DNA of 64,000 nucleotides from Candidatus Limnocylindrus sp. (GTDB lineage Bacteria > Chloroflexota > Limnocylindria > Limnocylindrales > Limnocylindraceae): the NCBI GenBank assembly GCA_040397235.1, contig JBBAWH010000005.1:21118-85117 (forward strand), given 5' to 3'. Below are positions 10,111 to 19,220 of the stretch, piece by piece; the first letter of the stretch is position 1; each line of letters begins with the position of its first letter. The notes under the pieces are model-generated. The model was not told where the DNA came from and did not search any database. It was given only the letters and a program-made list of their open reading frames with translations. Made by a program: the position numbers and the translations under genes.

Positions 10111-11382
10111 TCAGCCGTGCGCGCCGTGTTGCCCGGGTGCGCTAGGGAGCAGGATTTCGTGCTCAACGCGGCGCAGGATGAGCAGGAATGTGCCCGCAAC
10201 CACGAGGAATCCGAGCGTGGCGTAGACCAGGCCGTCGACCCCGAAGGTGACCGCCAGGTCGCCCGCGATCTTCACGCCAATGACCTGGCCGAGTCCGAGG
10301 AAGATGGAGTAGAGGCCCATCACCGCGCTTCGATCCGCGTGATACCGCTCGGAGACGTCGGCCAAGAAGCCGAGCGCCGCCGGCGTTGCGCCAGCGATGA
10401 AGAACATCGAGCCGCAGAGCACCGCGAAGAGGAGTGCGATCAACGGCAGCTCGTTGCCAGAGAGGCGATTGATGGCAAAGATGGCGGCCATCGCCACGAC
10501 GAAGGCGATCAGGCCGAGGAGGAGCATGGTGGTGCGGCGGAAGTTGGCGAAGCGATTCCCCCAGAAGAAGAGCCCAACGCCGCCAATGAGTGCAACGAAG
10601 GCGAAGCCTGAGGTGACGACGATAAACGGAAAGCCGCTGAGCAGGAACTGACCAGAGAGCTTCACCATCTCGTCACCGAGCAGCAGGTTGAGCCCTTGTG
10701 GCACCCAGACGCCGATGATGGCGTTGATTGAGACCCACGTTGGCACGAAGAGCAGGATCCCTCGCTGACTGAACAGCTTGACGTACTTGCGGAGGCGATT
10801 CTCAGTCTGAGGTGGTGGTGCGGCATGTTCATCTTTCACGCCGTAGGCGAAGAAGAGGAGGGCGAGAACGTAGATCACACCATTTACGGCGAAGGCTGCC
10901 GGCCCGAAGATCGCCCAGAGCGGGCCAGCCAGGGCCGTCCCCGCAACGAGGAGTCCGCCGAGAGTCGCCACTTCAAAGAGGGTGACGACGCGGCCCCGCA
11001 GCGCGGCGTCGTGACTCGTCTTCGCCGCGACGTACGAAAGGATCGAGGGGACGCTAGCCGCCGTTGATGCCCCTTCTAGAAGGCGCGTACCAATAAGGAG
11101 CGGGATCGTCATGGAGAAGGGCGTCATGATCACCGCTGCGAGGCCGAAGAGTGGCCCAAGCAGCATCACGGGCTTTCGTCCGATGCGGTCGGCAATGATG
11201 CCGAAGATCGGCGAGCCGATCAGCTCCGTCACGTAAAAGGCGAGCGTGATGGTTGCAAGATCAACAGGGGTGATCGTGACCGATCCAGTGGAGTTGAGGT
11301 ACTTGTTCCAGACGATCAGCAGCGCGCCCGTGGTCCCCGTTGCTGTTCGCAACGTTAGGGTGCCGAGGAGCAGGGCCTTCAT
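10111..11382 (-). CDS. MFS transporter
   Basis: About 12 TM segments with the MFS loop motif GIIADRIGRKPVM. Start set at the ATG at 11382 (MKALLLG), preceded by GAGGTGA. The 279-codon N-terminal extension in the listed 702-aa ORF is low-complexity and overlaps two + strand genes. Confidence 0.75.
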   Translation of the reverse strand: MKALLLGTLTLRTATGTTGALLIVWNKYLNSTGSVTITPVDLATITLAFYVTELIGSPIFGIIADRIGRKPVMLLGPLFGLAAVIMTPFSMTIPLLIGTRLLEGASTAASVPSILSYVAAKTSHDAALRGRVVTLFEVATLGGLLVAGTALAGPLWAIFGPAAFAVNGVIYVLALLFFAYGVKDEHAAPPPQTENRLRKYVKLFSQRGILLFVPTWVSINAIIGVWVPQGLNLLLGDEMVKLSGQFLLSGFPFIVVTSGFAFVALIGGVGLFFWGNRFANFRRTTMLLLGLIAFVVAMAAIFAINRLSGNELPLIALLFAVLCGSMFFIAGATPAALGFLADVSERYHADRSAVMGLYSIFLGLGQVIGVKIAGDLAVTFGVDGLVYATLGFLVVAGTFLLILRRVEHEILLPSAPGQHGAHG

Positions 11383-11442
11383 TGATCCAGTCACCTCTGA
11401 AGCATACGGGTTCCCGTCTTCGGTGGTCGGTATACTCAGGCC

Positions 11443-11718
11443 ATGCCAACGAACGTCGCCCAGTCGTATCCCTACAAGCGTGAGAGCGAGGCGGATCGCG
11501 CCGCCGCTATTGCGGGGACGCTGGGCGCCCGCGAAGGACTCGCCGAGAAGCTCAGCGCCGAGGCGCTCCCATATGACGGCGCCGAAGGCGATGAGGCGTG
11601 GGCCTGGCGCTGCCGCACCGTCGGCTGCCCTGGAGTGCTCCACACCGCCGGCTACGCCCGCGAGAAGCACGCGATCGTCGCCCTCTGCGATGGCTGCGGC
11701 CAAATTGCACTCCGCTAG
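11443..11718 (+). CDS. Small putative zinc-ribbon protein (C-x4-C ... C-x2-C)
   Basis: 91-aa ORF with four Cys arranged as WRCRTVGC ... LCDGCG. Its stop is immediately followed by the next gene's start (TAGATG). Confidence 0.4.
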   Translation: MPTNVAQSYPYKRESEADRAAAIAGTLGAREGLAEKLSAEALPYDGAEGDEAWAWRCRTVGCPGVLHTAGYAREKHAIVALCDGCGQIALR

Positions 11719-13011
11719 ATGAGCGGCGAGCGAGTGCCCGAGATCGTGCCGATCAGTTCGGCGAATAAGCCGACGCAGGTTGAGATCGTTGGAGACCGCA
11801 TTCGCATCGCCTCGCTCGAGGTGATCGACCGCGCCCTCGCCGGCTTCCTCGAGAGCCGCACCCCCGAGGACCGCGCCGAGACGGTTGAACGCGCCATGCG
11901 CGTCGGCCTGATGGCGCTGCAGAGCGCCAGCGGCTCCATTGATGTGGATCACGTGCGTCGCGCCTTCGACAAGCTGCTCAGCGACGCCGGCGAGTCGAAC
12001 AAGAAGGCGACCGCTGAGGTCGAAGAGATCCTGCGCAAGACCTTCGCAAACGAGGGTGGTGCCCTCCCCGCGACCCTGGAGCGCTTCCTCGGCGATAAGG
12101 GCGAGCTCGCCCTCTTCACCAAGGACCTCTTCGACGAGAACCGCCGCGACTCGGCGCTCGGCAAGCTCAACACCATTCTCGGCACCTACTTCGATGGCGA
12201 CGCCAGCAAGCTCGCCCACCTCCTTGACCCAACGCGCGAGGCGTCGCCACTGAGCGGCTTCCGCGCCGAGATCGCCAAGCGCTTCGACGATGTGCTGCTG
12301 AAGATCGTTGAGCTCGACGCGTCGCAGAAGGCGGCGAAGGGCGAGCGCAAGAAGGGGACGGCGAAGGGCGCCGACTTTGAGTCGCGTGTCATCGCGGAGT
12401 ACACCGAACTACTGCGCGCGACGAACGATGAGATCGAAGGGACGGGCGGCGTCACCGGCGCCGTCCCCGACTCCAAGAAGGGCGACGCGGTGATCACCAT
12501 CAACGGCCGTGACGCTTCCGCAAGCGTTCTGCGGATTGTGGTTGAGGTGAAAGACAAGGCGATGACAGGACCGGCCATCGAGAAGGAGCTCGCCGAGGCG
12601 CGCGAGAATCGCAAGGCTGAGATCGCCCTGATGGTCTTCAGTGAGGCGGCGGCCCCCGCAGGCGCTTCGCCATTCACCATCAGTCGCCACGGCGTCTACT
12701 GCGTTGTTGACCCTGAGGCTCCCGATGTTGCGGTCCTTGAGGCGGGGTACCGACTCGCGCGCATCTCGGCGCTGATTCGCGCCAAGTCCGAGGGGAGCGG
12801 CGTCGACCTCTCGGCGGTGAAGGATGCCATTGACGCGCTGCGCGATCGAATTAGCACGGTGCAGCAGATCAAGACGACGCTGACGGCGATTGACACAACG
12901 ACCATCAAGGCCCGTGGCGAGCTTGATGCCCTGCGCACTGCGATCGTCACCGAGATTGATCGTATTGAGGAGCAGGTCCGAGCAAGCACCTCCGCCGCTC
13001 ACGGGCGGTGA
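11719..13011 (+). CDS. Coiled-coil protein with a C-terminal PD-(D/E)xK nuclease-like motif (RmuC/DUF2130-like architecture)
   Basis: Charged, helical N-terminal two thirds. The C-terminal region has GADFE...GDAVITI...(17 aa)...VVEVKDK...IALMVFSEAAAP, which parallels RmuC GNWGE...PDVIV...VVIDAKM...YVLMFIPVEPAF. No TM segment. The alignment is from memory, not a search. Confidence 0.45.
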   Translation: MSGERVPEIVPISSANKPTQVEIVGDRIRIASLEVIDRALAGFLESRTPEDRAETVERAMRVGLMALQSASGSIDVDHVRRAFDKLLSDAGESNKKATAEVEEILRKTFANEGGALPATLERFLGDKGELALFTKDLFDENRRDSALGKLNTILGTYFDGDASKLAHLLDPTREASPLSGFRAEIAKRFDDVLLKIVELDASQKAAKGERKKGTAKGADFESRVIAEYTELLRATNDEIEGTGGVTGAVPDSKKGDAVITINGRDASASVLRIVVEVKDKAMTGPAIEKELAEARENRKAEIALMVFSEAAAPAGASPFTISRHGVYCVVDPEAPDVAVLEAGYRLARISALIRAKSEGSGVDLSAVKDAIDALRDRISTVQQIKTTLTAIDTTTIKARGELDALRTAIVTEIDRIEEQVRASTSAAHGR

Positions 13012-14321
13012 GTAGGGCGATCGCTGACTGGCGGCGCTTCCTCACCGGCCGCTACGCCGCCTTCCGCACCCTTGCCGTCTCCGACGCCGTCGCCGTCGCC
13101 CTGAATGGGGACAGCCTCTCGATCCCCCTCGTCACAACGCTTGGCGCATCGCCAGCACTTGCGACGCTCATCGGCCTCTTCCCCTTTGTCGGTGGAATTC
13201 TGCAGGGGCTTATGCCCGCCGCACTTCGCCGCAACGGCGGCGACCTGCGACGGCTGACGTTGCTGATCGGCGCGGCCGCACTCTTGCGACCCATCCTCTA
13301 TATCGCCGTCGTGGTGGCGATTGCCGCTGGCGTTCTGCCGCCGCTCGCCGGCATCGGCCTGATCGCGATCGGGTTCGGCGTCGGCGCTACCGCGCAGGCG
13401 ATTGCTGGGGCGAACGTGCAGACCTGGTTTGGTCGCATCCTCCCCGAGCGTGAGCGCCGCTTCGTTGCCCCACGCGCCCTCGCCATTCAGTTCGGACTCG
13501 GCTCAGTACTGCTTGTGCCCGTGGCACTCCTCGTCCGCGTTGGCGAGCAAGACTGGGGCGTCCTCATCTACGCGCCCGCATTCGTTGGTGGCCTGATCGC
13601 CAGCCTCCTCTTCTTGCGCGCGCTGCGCGGGCTGCCACGACCTGGTGCGGTATCGGCGGGTCGCGCCGCAAGCTCTGGTCCACTTTCAACACCAGTGCGC
13701 CGCTTCCTTCGCACCAACATCATCTCGGCTGTTGGTGCCGGGTTCGCGCCGTATCTCTCGGTATACGCGATCGTCGTGCTGAAACAGGATGCGGCGTACG
13801 CCATCCTCATGGCGGCCATCGGCTCCGCCGCGGCGCTCGTCGGCGCGATCCTTATTGGTAACTGGTTGGAGCGCGGCTCGGCGAGTCGTCTCTATCGCAT
13901 CTCACTGGTCGTTCGCGGCGTTGGCATGGCCTCATCAATCCTCGCCGGTCCATGGAATCCATATGCGCCGCTGGTACTGCTCGTGGTCATCGTCATCATC
14001 ACCGTCGGCTTCGCCGCCGGCATCCTCTCGGCACAGGAGCGCGTGCTACGACTCGCCGCCCCTGGCGAATCCATTCGCGCGCAGTCGGCCTACGGCGCCA
14101 CCACCGCGGGGGCGCTCGCCGTCGGCCAGTTAGCCGGCGTGGTCGTGCTGGCCCTGCTCCCCGTCGCCTACCCCACCTACGTCGGCATCTTTATCATCAC
14201 GGGGGCCTTCCGCCTCGTGGCGGCGGCGACCGCCGACGTGGGCGACGACTGGAATACGGCGACGCGCATCCACCACGGCGAAGAGATGCCCGTCGAGGCG
14301 GCCCTCGAGTCACAGCGCTAG
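13008..14321 (+). CDS. MFS-like polytopic membrane protein
   Basis: 437 aa with about 12 hydrophobic segments. Its start overlaps the upstream stop (ATGA). Confidence 0.55.
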   Translation: MSRAIADWRRFLTGRYAAFRTLAVSDAVAVALNGDSLSIPLVTTLGASPALATLIGLFPFVGGILQGLMPAALRRNGGDLRRLTLLIGAAALLRPILYIAVVVAIAAGVLPPLAGIGLIAIGFGVGATAQAIAGANVQTWFGRILPERERRFVAPRALAIQFGLGSVLLVPVALLVRVGEQDWGVLIYAPAFVGGLIASLLFLRALRGLPRPGAVSAGRAASSGPLSTPVRRFLRTNIISAVGAGFAPYLSVYAIVVLKQDAAYAILMAAIGSAAALVGAILIGNWLERGSASRLYRISLVVRGVGMASSILAGPWNPYAPLVLLVVIVIITVGFAAGILSAQERVLRLAAPGESIRAQSAYGATTAGALAVGQLAGVVVLALLPVAYPTYVGIFIITGAFRLVAAATADVGDDWNTATRIHHGEEMPVEAALESQR

Positions 14322-14408
14322 GCGCGGGGCTACACTAACCCCAACGCCACCCCTCGTGGGGAGGCAAGAGCGTGCGAGCCGCCCGTGGCCCGCCCAAGGA
14401 GGGAAGCG

Positions 14409-14651
14409 ATGCGCGTACCAGTAGAGATGCCCCGACTCGGCTACGACAGCGAGGTCGGCAAGATCGGCGCCTGGACGGCGAAGGTCGGCGACACCGTGAC
14501 CGCAGGCCAGCCAATCGGCGAGCTTGAGACCGAGAAGGCCACCGTCGAGTTCGAGGCCCCTGTGGCTGGAACCCTTGTGGAGATCGTGCATGCCGCGGGT
14601 GCCGAAGTCGCGGTTGGCGCCGTGATCGCCTACGTCGAAGACGGCAAGTAA
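14409..14651 (+). CDS. Stand-alone lipoyl-attachment domain protein (E2 N-terminal domain)
   Basis: Lipoyl-lysine motif GELETEKATVEFEAP in a biotinyl/lipoyl hybrid-barrel sequence. Start at the ATG at 14409, preceded by AAGGAGGG. The listed ORF starts at 14385. Confidence 0.7.
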   Translation: MRVPVEMPRLGYDSEVGKIGAWTAKVGDTVTAGQPIGELETEKATVEFEAPVAGTLVEIVHAAGAEVAVGAVIAYVEDGK

Positions 14652-14664
14652 GCCGAACTCGCGC

Positions 14665-15357
14665 ATGCCGAAGCCAGGGCGAACGCCCGTTGAGTTCACA
14701 CCAATGCGCACGGCGATCAGCCGTCGCATGGTTGAATCCAAATCAAAGGCGCCACACTTCTATGTCTCCACCGACATTGAGATGGATGCGGTCGTTGCCG
14801 CCAATGAGACCCTGAACTCCGGACGCACTGGTGATGATCGCGTCACCCTCACTGCGTGGTTGGTGCGCGCCCTCGCGCAATCGCTCGCCGCTTACCCCGC
14901 ACTCAACGCGGTGTGGGAGGGCGAGGCGCTCGAGCGCTCCACGCCGATCAACATCGGCATCGCGATTGCGATTCCCGATGGCCTCGTTGCGCCGGCACTC
15001 CTTGATTGCGCAGCGAAAGATCTCGCCACCATTTCCGCGGAGCTGCGTGACCTGGTCGCGCGCACCAAGATCGGCAAGTTGCGCCCTGCAGAATTCACCG
15101 AGCAGACGTTTACCCTATCAAACCTTGGCTCGTTCCCAGTGACACAGTTCACCGCCATCATCACGCCGCCACAGGTGGCGATCTTGGCGACGGGTCGCAG
15201 CGAGTCGCGCGCCGTGGTGCGCGACGGCGCCGTGTTGGCGCGTACGATGTTGACCGCAACGCTCTCCGCCGACCACCGCGCCGTTGATGGCGCTCTGGTC
15301 GCCGCCTTCCTCGGCGACCTCAAGTCGCGACTCGAGGCGCCGGCTGGACTCGCCTGA
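14665..15357 (+). CDS. Stand-alone 2-oxoacid dehydrogenase acyltransferase catalytic domain (E2 catalytic domain)
   Basis: Begins at the usual catalytic-domain entry (RTAISRRMVESKSKAPHF) and contains the catalytic DHRxxDG motif (SADHRAVDGA). No peripheral subunit-binding domain. Different frame from the lipoyl ORF 13 nt upstream. Confidence 0.7.
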   Translation: MPKPGRTPVEFTPMRTAISRRMVESKSKAPHFYVSTDIEMDAVVAANETLNSGRTGDDRVTLTAWLVRALAQSLAAYPALNAVWEGEALERSTPINIGIAIAIPDGLVAPALLDCAAKDLATISAELRDLVARTKIGKLRPAEFTEQTFTLSNLGSFPVTQFTAIITPPQVAILATGRSESRAVVRDGAVLARTMLTATLSADHRAVDGALVAAFLGDLKSRLEAPAGLA

Positions 15358-15362
15358 CGCCG

Positions 15363-16019
15363 ATGAGTAGTCAGCCGCTCGGCGATCGATCGAACTACCA
15401 GCGCGGACGCCTCGACGCCAACGATCTTCTCTCCGACCCGGTCGACCAGTTCCATCGTTGGGTCAACGAGGCGATCGCCCAGCAGGTCCCCGAGCCACTC
15501 GCCGCCGCCCTCGCCACCGCCGACGAGGCCGGGAACCCGAGCGTCCGCATGATCCTGATCCGCGGCATCGGTCCCGAGGGGATCGACTTCTATACGAACC
15601 ACGGGAGCCGCAAGGGGCGCGACCTCGCCACCAGGCCAGCGGCAGCCCTCACCCTCTGGTGGCCGACCCTCGAGCGACAGGTGCGTCTCTCAGGGCTGGT
15701 AGCCCGTCTCTCGGAGGCCGAGTCCGCCGCCTACTTTGCGAGCCGCCCGCGCGAGAGCCAGCTCGGTGCCTGGGCCAGCGCCCAGGGGGAGCCGATCGCC
15801 GATCGTGCCGCACTCGAGGCCGCCCTGAGCGCGGCGGCGGCCAGCCATGCGCCCACCCCGGAGGCCCTGCCGGCCCTCCCCCCGCACTGGGGCGGCTACC
15901 GCGTCACCCCTGCCGAGTGGGAGTTCTGGCAAGGGGGCGAGTACCGCCTCCACGACCGCTTTGAGTACCTCCGAGCCACCCCTAATGGCCCCTGGGAGAC
16001 CCGCCGCCTGCAACCGTAA
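15363..16019 (+). CDS. pdxH: Pyridoxamine 5'-phosphate oxidase
   Basis: Conserved PdxH segments (RMILIRGIGPEGIDFYTN, WGGYRV.P...EFWQG..RLHDR). Confidence 0.85.
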   Translation: MSSQPLGDRSNYQRGRLDANDLLSDPVDQFHRWVNEAIAQQVPEPLAAALATADEAGNPSVRMILIRGIGPEGIDFYTNHGSRKGRDLATRPAAALTLWWPTLERQVRLSGLVARLSEAESAAYFASRPRESQLGAWASAQGEPIADRAALEAALSAAAASHAPTPEALPALPPHWGGYRVTPAEWEFWQGGEYRLHDRFEYLRATPNGPWETRRLQP

Positions 16020-16161
16020 CAATCCCCCCAGGCCGCCGCGCTCCACCCTGCGCTCCCCCTCTGGTATTTCCCGCCCCGCATCAGATAGGATTCCGCCAAG
16101 CGCAGATCGCGCTTCAAGTCTGACGGTGACCCTGTCGGGGAAGCCGCTAAGGAGGAAACAC

Positions 16162-17970
16162 ATGCGAAAGAGGTCGCTACTCGCAACCTTTGCGGTCGCT
16201 GCCGCACTCGTTGCCGGGGCATGCGGCGGGTCGACCGGTTCGACGGTTACCGGAGCAACGTTGCTCATTGGTGACTATCAGGACGCGGACTCGCTGAACC
16301 CATTCTTCTACAGCACCGTGATGTCTTCGAACATCGTCGGCGCCACACATGATGGTCTGCTTCGACTCAACGAGAAGCTTGAGCTCGAGCCATGGATGGC
16401 CGAAGAGGCTCCAAACAAGGCCAACGGCGGCATTCAGGTTCCTGGCGTGGGCGGCGATGCCGCAACCGTCACCTGGAAGCTCCGCGCGTGGAAGTGGTCT
16501 GACGGAGTTGATCTCACCTGCGCCGACTACCAGTATGCGCGCGAGTGGATCCTCGACCCAAATAACACCGCCGTTTCCAAGGTCGGCACCGAGGACATCT
16601 CGGCGATCGACTGCAACGGCAACACGATGGTCGTGCACTACTCGAAGATCTATGCAAACTTGAAGTACGGTCCGGCCGTTGCGCCGAAGCACTACTTCAG
16701 CAAGTTCACCGTTGGTAGCGTCCTTGGCGGAAACCCTGCCACTGACGTTTCGAACGACATGCTCTTGGGCGCGGGCTACCGCACCAAGGACCTGCCGAAC
16801 GCTCCAACGAGCGGCGCGTTCAAGTACGAGAGCCGCACGACGGGCGTCGAGACGGTGATCGTTCGAAACCCATATTGGAAGGATCCTCGCAACGGCAAGC
16901 AGGCCAAGCTTGCACGACTCAAGTACGTCGTGTGCGGCTCACCTGAAACCTGTACCGCGAAGTTCCGCACTGGCGAGCTCGACATGGTCACCGACCTTGA
17001 CGGCAGCCAGTACGCCCCAACCCTGGACCTGGCCGATGCACAGCGCACGCTTCCAGCATTCACGGTTGAGTTCCTTCGCCCGAACTTCTCCACGACGATC
17101 TGCAGCGACGGGGCTCCCGCCGAGGCAGACATTGATGGTGTGCTCCCAACCCGCGAAGCGCGCGGTGGCGGGTGCCCAGCATCTGAGCTCGCGATCCGCC
17201 AGGCGATCGCTCACGTCGTAGACCGCCAGGGCTACCTTGATCAGATCGAGGGCGGCACCGGCTTCGTAGCAACCAACACGGAGCTCCCGGCATTCTTCTT
17301 CTACAAGGATCTTTCGAGCCAGGTTCCAACTGACAACAGCCCGGAGCTTGCCAAGTCAGTTCTTGCAGCGGCAGGCTGGGTAGACAGCAACAACAATGGC
17401 ATCGTTGACAAGGACTTCGATGGTGACGGAGACAAGGATGAGGCCATCATTGACTTCTGCACCACGATGAAGCCAACCCGTGGCACCAAGCTTCAGCTGC
17501 TCGTTGCAGCGCTGAAGGACGTTGGCATCAAGGGCATCGTTGACCAGGTTGGCGCAGGCACACTCTTCGGTCAGCGCACCGACATCGAGGCGGGCACCAA
17601 GTGCAACTTGGCGTACGGCTCGTATGACGTCGCGCTCCACGCCTTCGGCATTACGTCGGTTGAGCCGAGCGGGTACGACTCGTACCACTCGACGCAGACC
17701 AACGAAAATGGTGGCGGCAATGACCAGTTCGTCAACATCCCAGCTCTCGATGCAGCCCTTGAAGGGATCAAGGTCTCGGTAGACCCTGAAGAGCAGAAGA
17801 CGTTGATGAGCACCGTGCAGGACCTCATGGCGGCAAACACCGTCGTGATTCCACTGCACTACTGGCTCGATATCACGTTGGTCTCGGCCAATGTGTCCGG
17901 GTACCTCCCGCATCAGGCGTGGGGCCCTATCTGGAACGCCTACGAGCTTGACGTCGCAGTCGCGAACTAA
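16162..17970 (+). CDS. Peptide/nickel ABC transporter substrate-binding lipoprotein (family 5, Dpp/Opp type)
   Basis: Lipoprotein signal with lipobox LVAGAC. About 600 aa of SBP_bac_5-like sequence. Start at the ATG at 16162, after AAGGAGGAAAC. The listed ORF from 15847 overlaps pdxH. Confidence 0.85.
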   Translation: MRKRSLLATFAVAAALVAGACGGSTGSTVTGATLLIGDYQDADSLNPFFYSTVMSSNIVGATHDGLLRLNEKLELEPWMAEEAPNKANGGIQVPGVGGDAATVTWKLRAWKWSDGVDLTCADYQYAREWILDPNNTAVSKVGTEDISAIDCNGNTMVVHYSKIYANLKYGPAVAPKHYFSKFTVGSVLGGNPATDVSNDMLLGAGYRTKDLPNAPTSGAFKYESRTTGVETVIVRNPYWKDPRNGKQAKLARLKYVVCGSPETCTAKFRTGELDMVTDLDGSQYAPTLDLADAQRTLPAFTVEFLRPNFSTTICSDGAPAEADIDGVLPTREARGGGCPASELAIRQAIAHVVDRQGYLDQIEGGTGFVATNTELPAFFFYKDLSSQVPTDNSPELAKSVLAAAGWVDSNNNGIVDKDFDGDGDKDEAIIDFCTTMKPTRGTKLQLLVAALKDVGIKGIVDQVGAGTLFGQRTDIEAGTKCNLAYGSYDVALHAFGITSVEPSGYDSYHSTQTNENGGGNDQFVNIPALDAALEGIKVSVDPEEQKTLMSTVQDLMAANTVVIPLHYWLDITLVSANVSGYLPHQAWGPIWNAYELDVAVAN

Positions 17971-18005
17971 GAGCTCCTAGGGGTTCTACAGCGGTAGAAA
18001 CCACT

Positions 18006-18046
18006 CTCGCCGCGAGGATCCTCCTTCGGGAGGGCCTCGCGGCGAG
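18006..18046 (+). other. Intercistronic GC-rich stem-loop between the SBP and permease genes of the peptide ABC operon
   Basis: CTCGCCGCGAGG-AT-CCTCC-TTCG-GGAGG-G-CCTCGCGGCGAG: a 17-bp interrupted stem with a TTCG tetraloop, 36 nt after the SBP stop and followed by CCTTTCT. Confidence 0.5.
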
Positions 18047-18125
18047 TGATATCTGGCCTTTCTAGCGATCAACTAGGCTGAGGGCTACACTCCCTACCAA
18101 ATCAGACCCGTAGAAAGGTCGGCCA

Positions 18126-19220
18126 ATGATCAGGTACGCGCTCCGCAGAATCGCGCTCGGAATAATGATCATGCTCGGGTCGAGCGTGCTCATCTACGCG
18201 CTGATTCTCGCTGCGCCCGGCGGCCCGGAGCAGAAGTTCGCCGAGAACCCGAAGTACACCCAGGAGCAGAAAGAGGGCTACCTCAAGTCACTCGGCCTCG
18301 ATAAGCCAGTCCCTGTGCAGTACTGCCGCTGGCTTGGTGCTTGCCGCCGCGACAAGGATGGCCTCGATGCGCTCGTCGGACCGACGGGCTTCCCCACATT
18401 CCTCCCGAGTCAGATCTCAGGGATCTACACAGGCATTCTTCATGGAGAGCTGGGCTACTCCTATGCCACGGGGGAGGGCGTCGGCGATCTGATTGCGGCC
18501 GCCGCGCTTCCAACGCTACTCCTCGCAGGCCTCTCCATTGTTATCTGGTTGACCCTCGCGGTCATCCTTGGCGTGTGGACGGGGCTCCAGGCTGGTTCGA
18601 GGTTTGACAACACGGTCACGACCGTCACCTATGTCAGCTCGACCTTCCCCACATTCATTTTCGGATTCATGATGATCTGGATCTTTGCCGTCACCCTCGG
18701 GTTGACTCCGGTGAGCGGGATGACCGACGGTCGACTCTCACCCGCCTTCGGCAGCGAAGCGTACTGGCAGTACTTCGCCAGCGCGCCACTGGTCGCCATC
18801 CTTGACCTCGCCCGCCACCTCATCCTTCCTGTCTCCACCCTCGTCATCATTAGCGTCGCCGGTGACTCGCGGTATGTACGCGCGTCGGTCATTGACACAC
18901 TCAGTTCCGAGCACGTCCGCACGGCGCGAGCAAAGGGGCTCTCCTCGCGGCGCATCATCCTCCGGCACACAATGCGCACGGCGCTAGTCCCGTTTGCGAC
19001 TAACCTCGGACTCGCCTTCCCCTTCCTCTTCGGAGGAGCGCTCATCACCGAGACCATCTTCTCGTGGCCCGGCGTCGGTCGACTGACGCTTTTGGCCACG
19101 AATGGCTTGGATTACCCGGTTCTTATGGCGATCCTGTTGATCGGCTCCCTGATGGTGGTGATCGGCAACCTGATCTCTGACCTGCTCTACGCCATCCTTG
19201 ATCCGCGAGTTCGCCTGTGA
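18126..19220 (+). CDS. Peptide ABC transporter permease (DppB/OppB type)
   Basis: BPD_transp_1 permease with the EAA-like region (SRYVRASVID...ARAKG). Confidence 0.85.
   Translation: MIRYALRRIALGIMIMLGSSVLIYALILAAPGGPEQKFAENPKYTQEQKEGYLKSLGLDKPVPVQYCRWLGACRRDKDGLDALVGPTGFPTFLPSQISGIYTGILHGELGYSYATGEGVGDLIAAAALPTLLLAGLSIVIWLTLAVILGVWTGLQAGSRFDNTVTTVTYVSSTFPTFIFGFMMIWIFAVTLGLTPVSGMTDGRLSPAFGSEAYWQYFASAPLVAILDLARHLILPVSTLVIISVAGDSRYVRASVIDTLSSEHVRTARAKGLSSRRIILRHTMRTALVPFATNLGLAFPFLFGGALITETIFSWPGVGRLTLLATNGLDYPVLMAILLIGSLMVVIGNLISDLLYAILDPRVRL

Noticed and set aside
11383-12219. 279-codon N-terminal extension of the 702-aa minus-strand ORF upstream of the MFS transporter
   Set aside because: Low-complexity Ala/Gly/Glu/Leu translation with no TM segments. 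It overlaps the + strand small-protein and nuclease-like genes. The MFS domain begins at an internal ATG (11382) with a good SD. This is a GC-driven open frame.
15847-16161. 105-codon upstream extension of the substrate-binding-protein ORF
   Set aside because: It overlaps the 3' end of pdxH and has no signal-peptide character. The lipoprotein signal begins at the ATG at 16162, which is preceded by a consensus SD.
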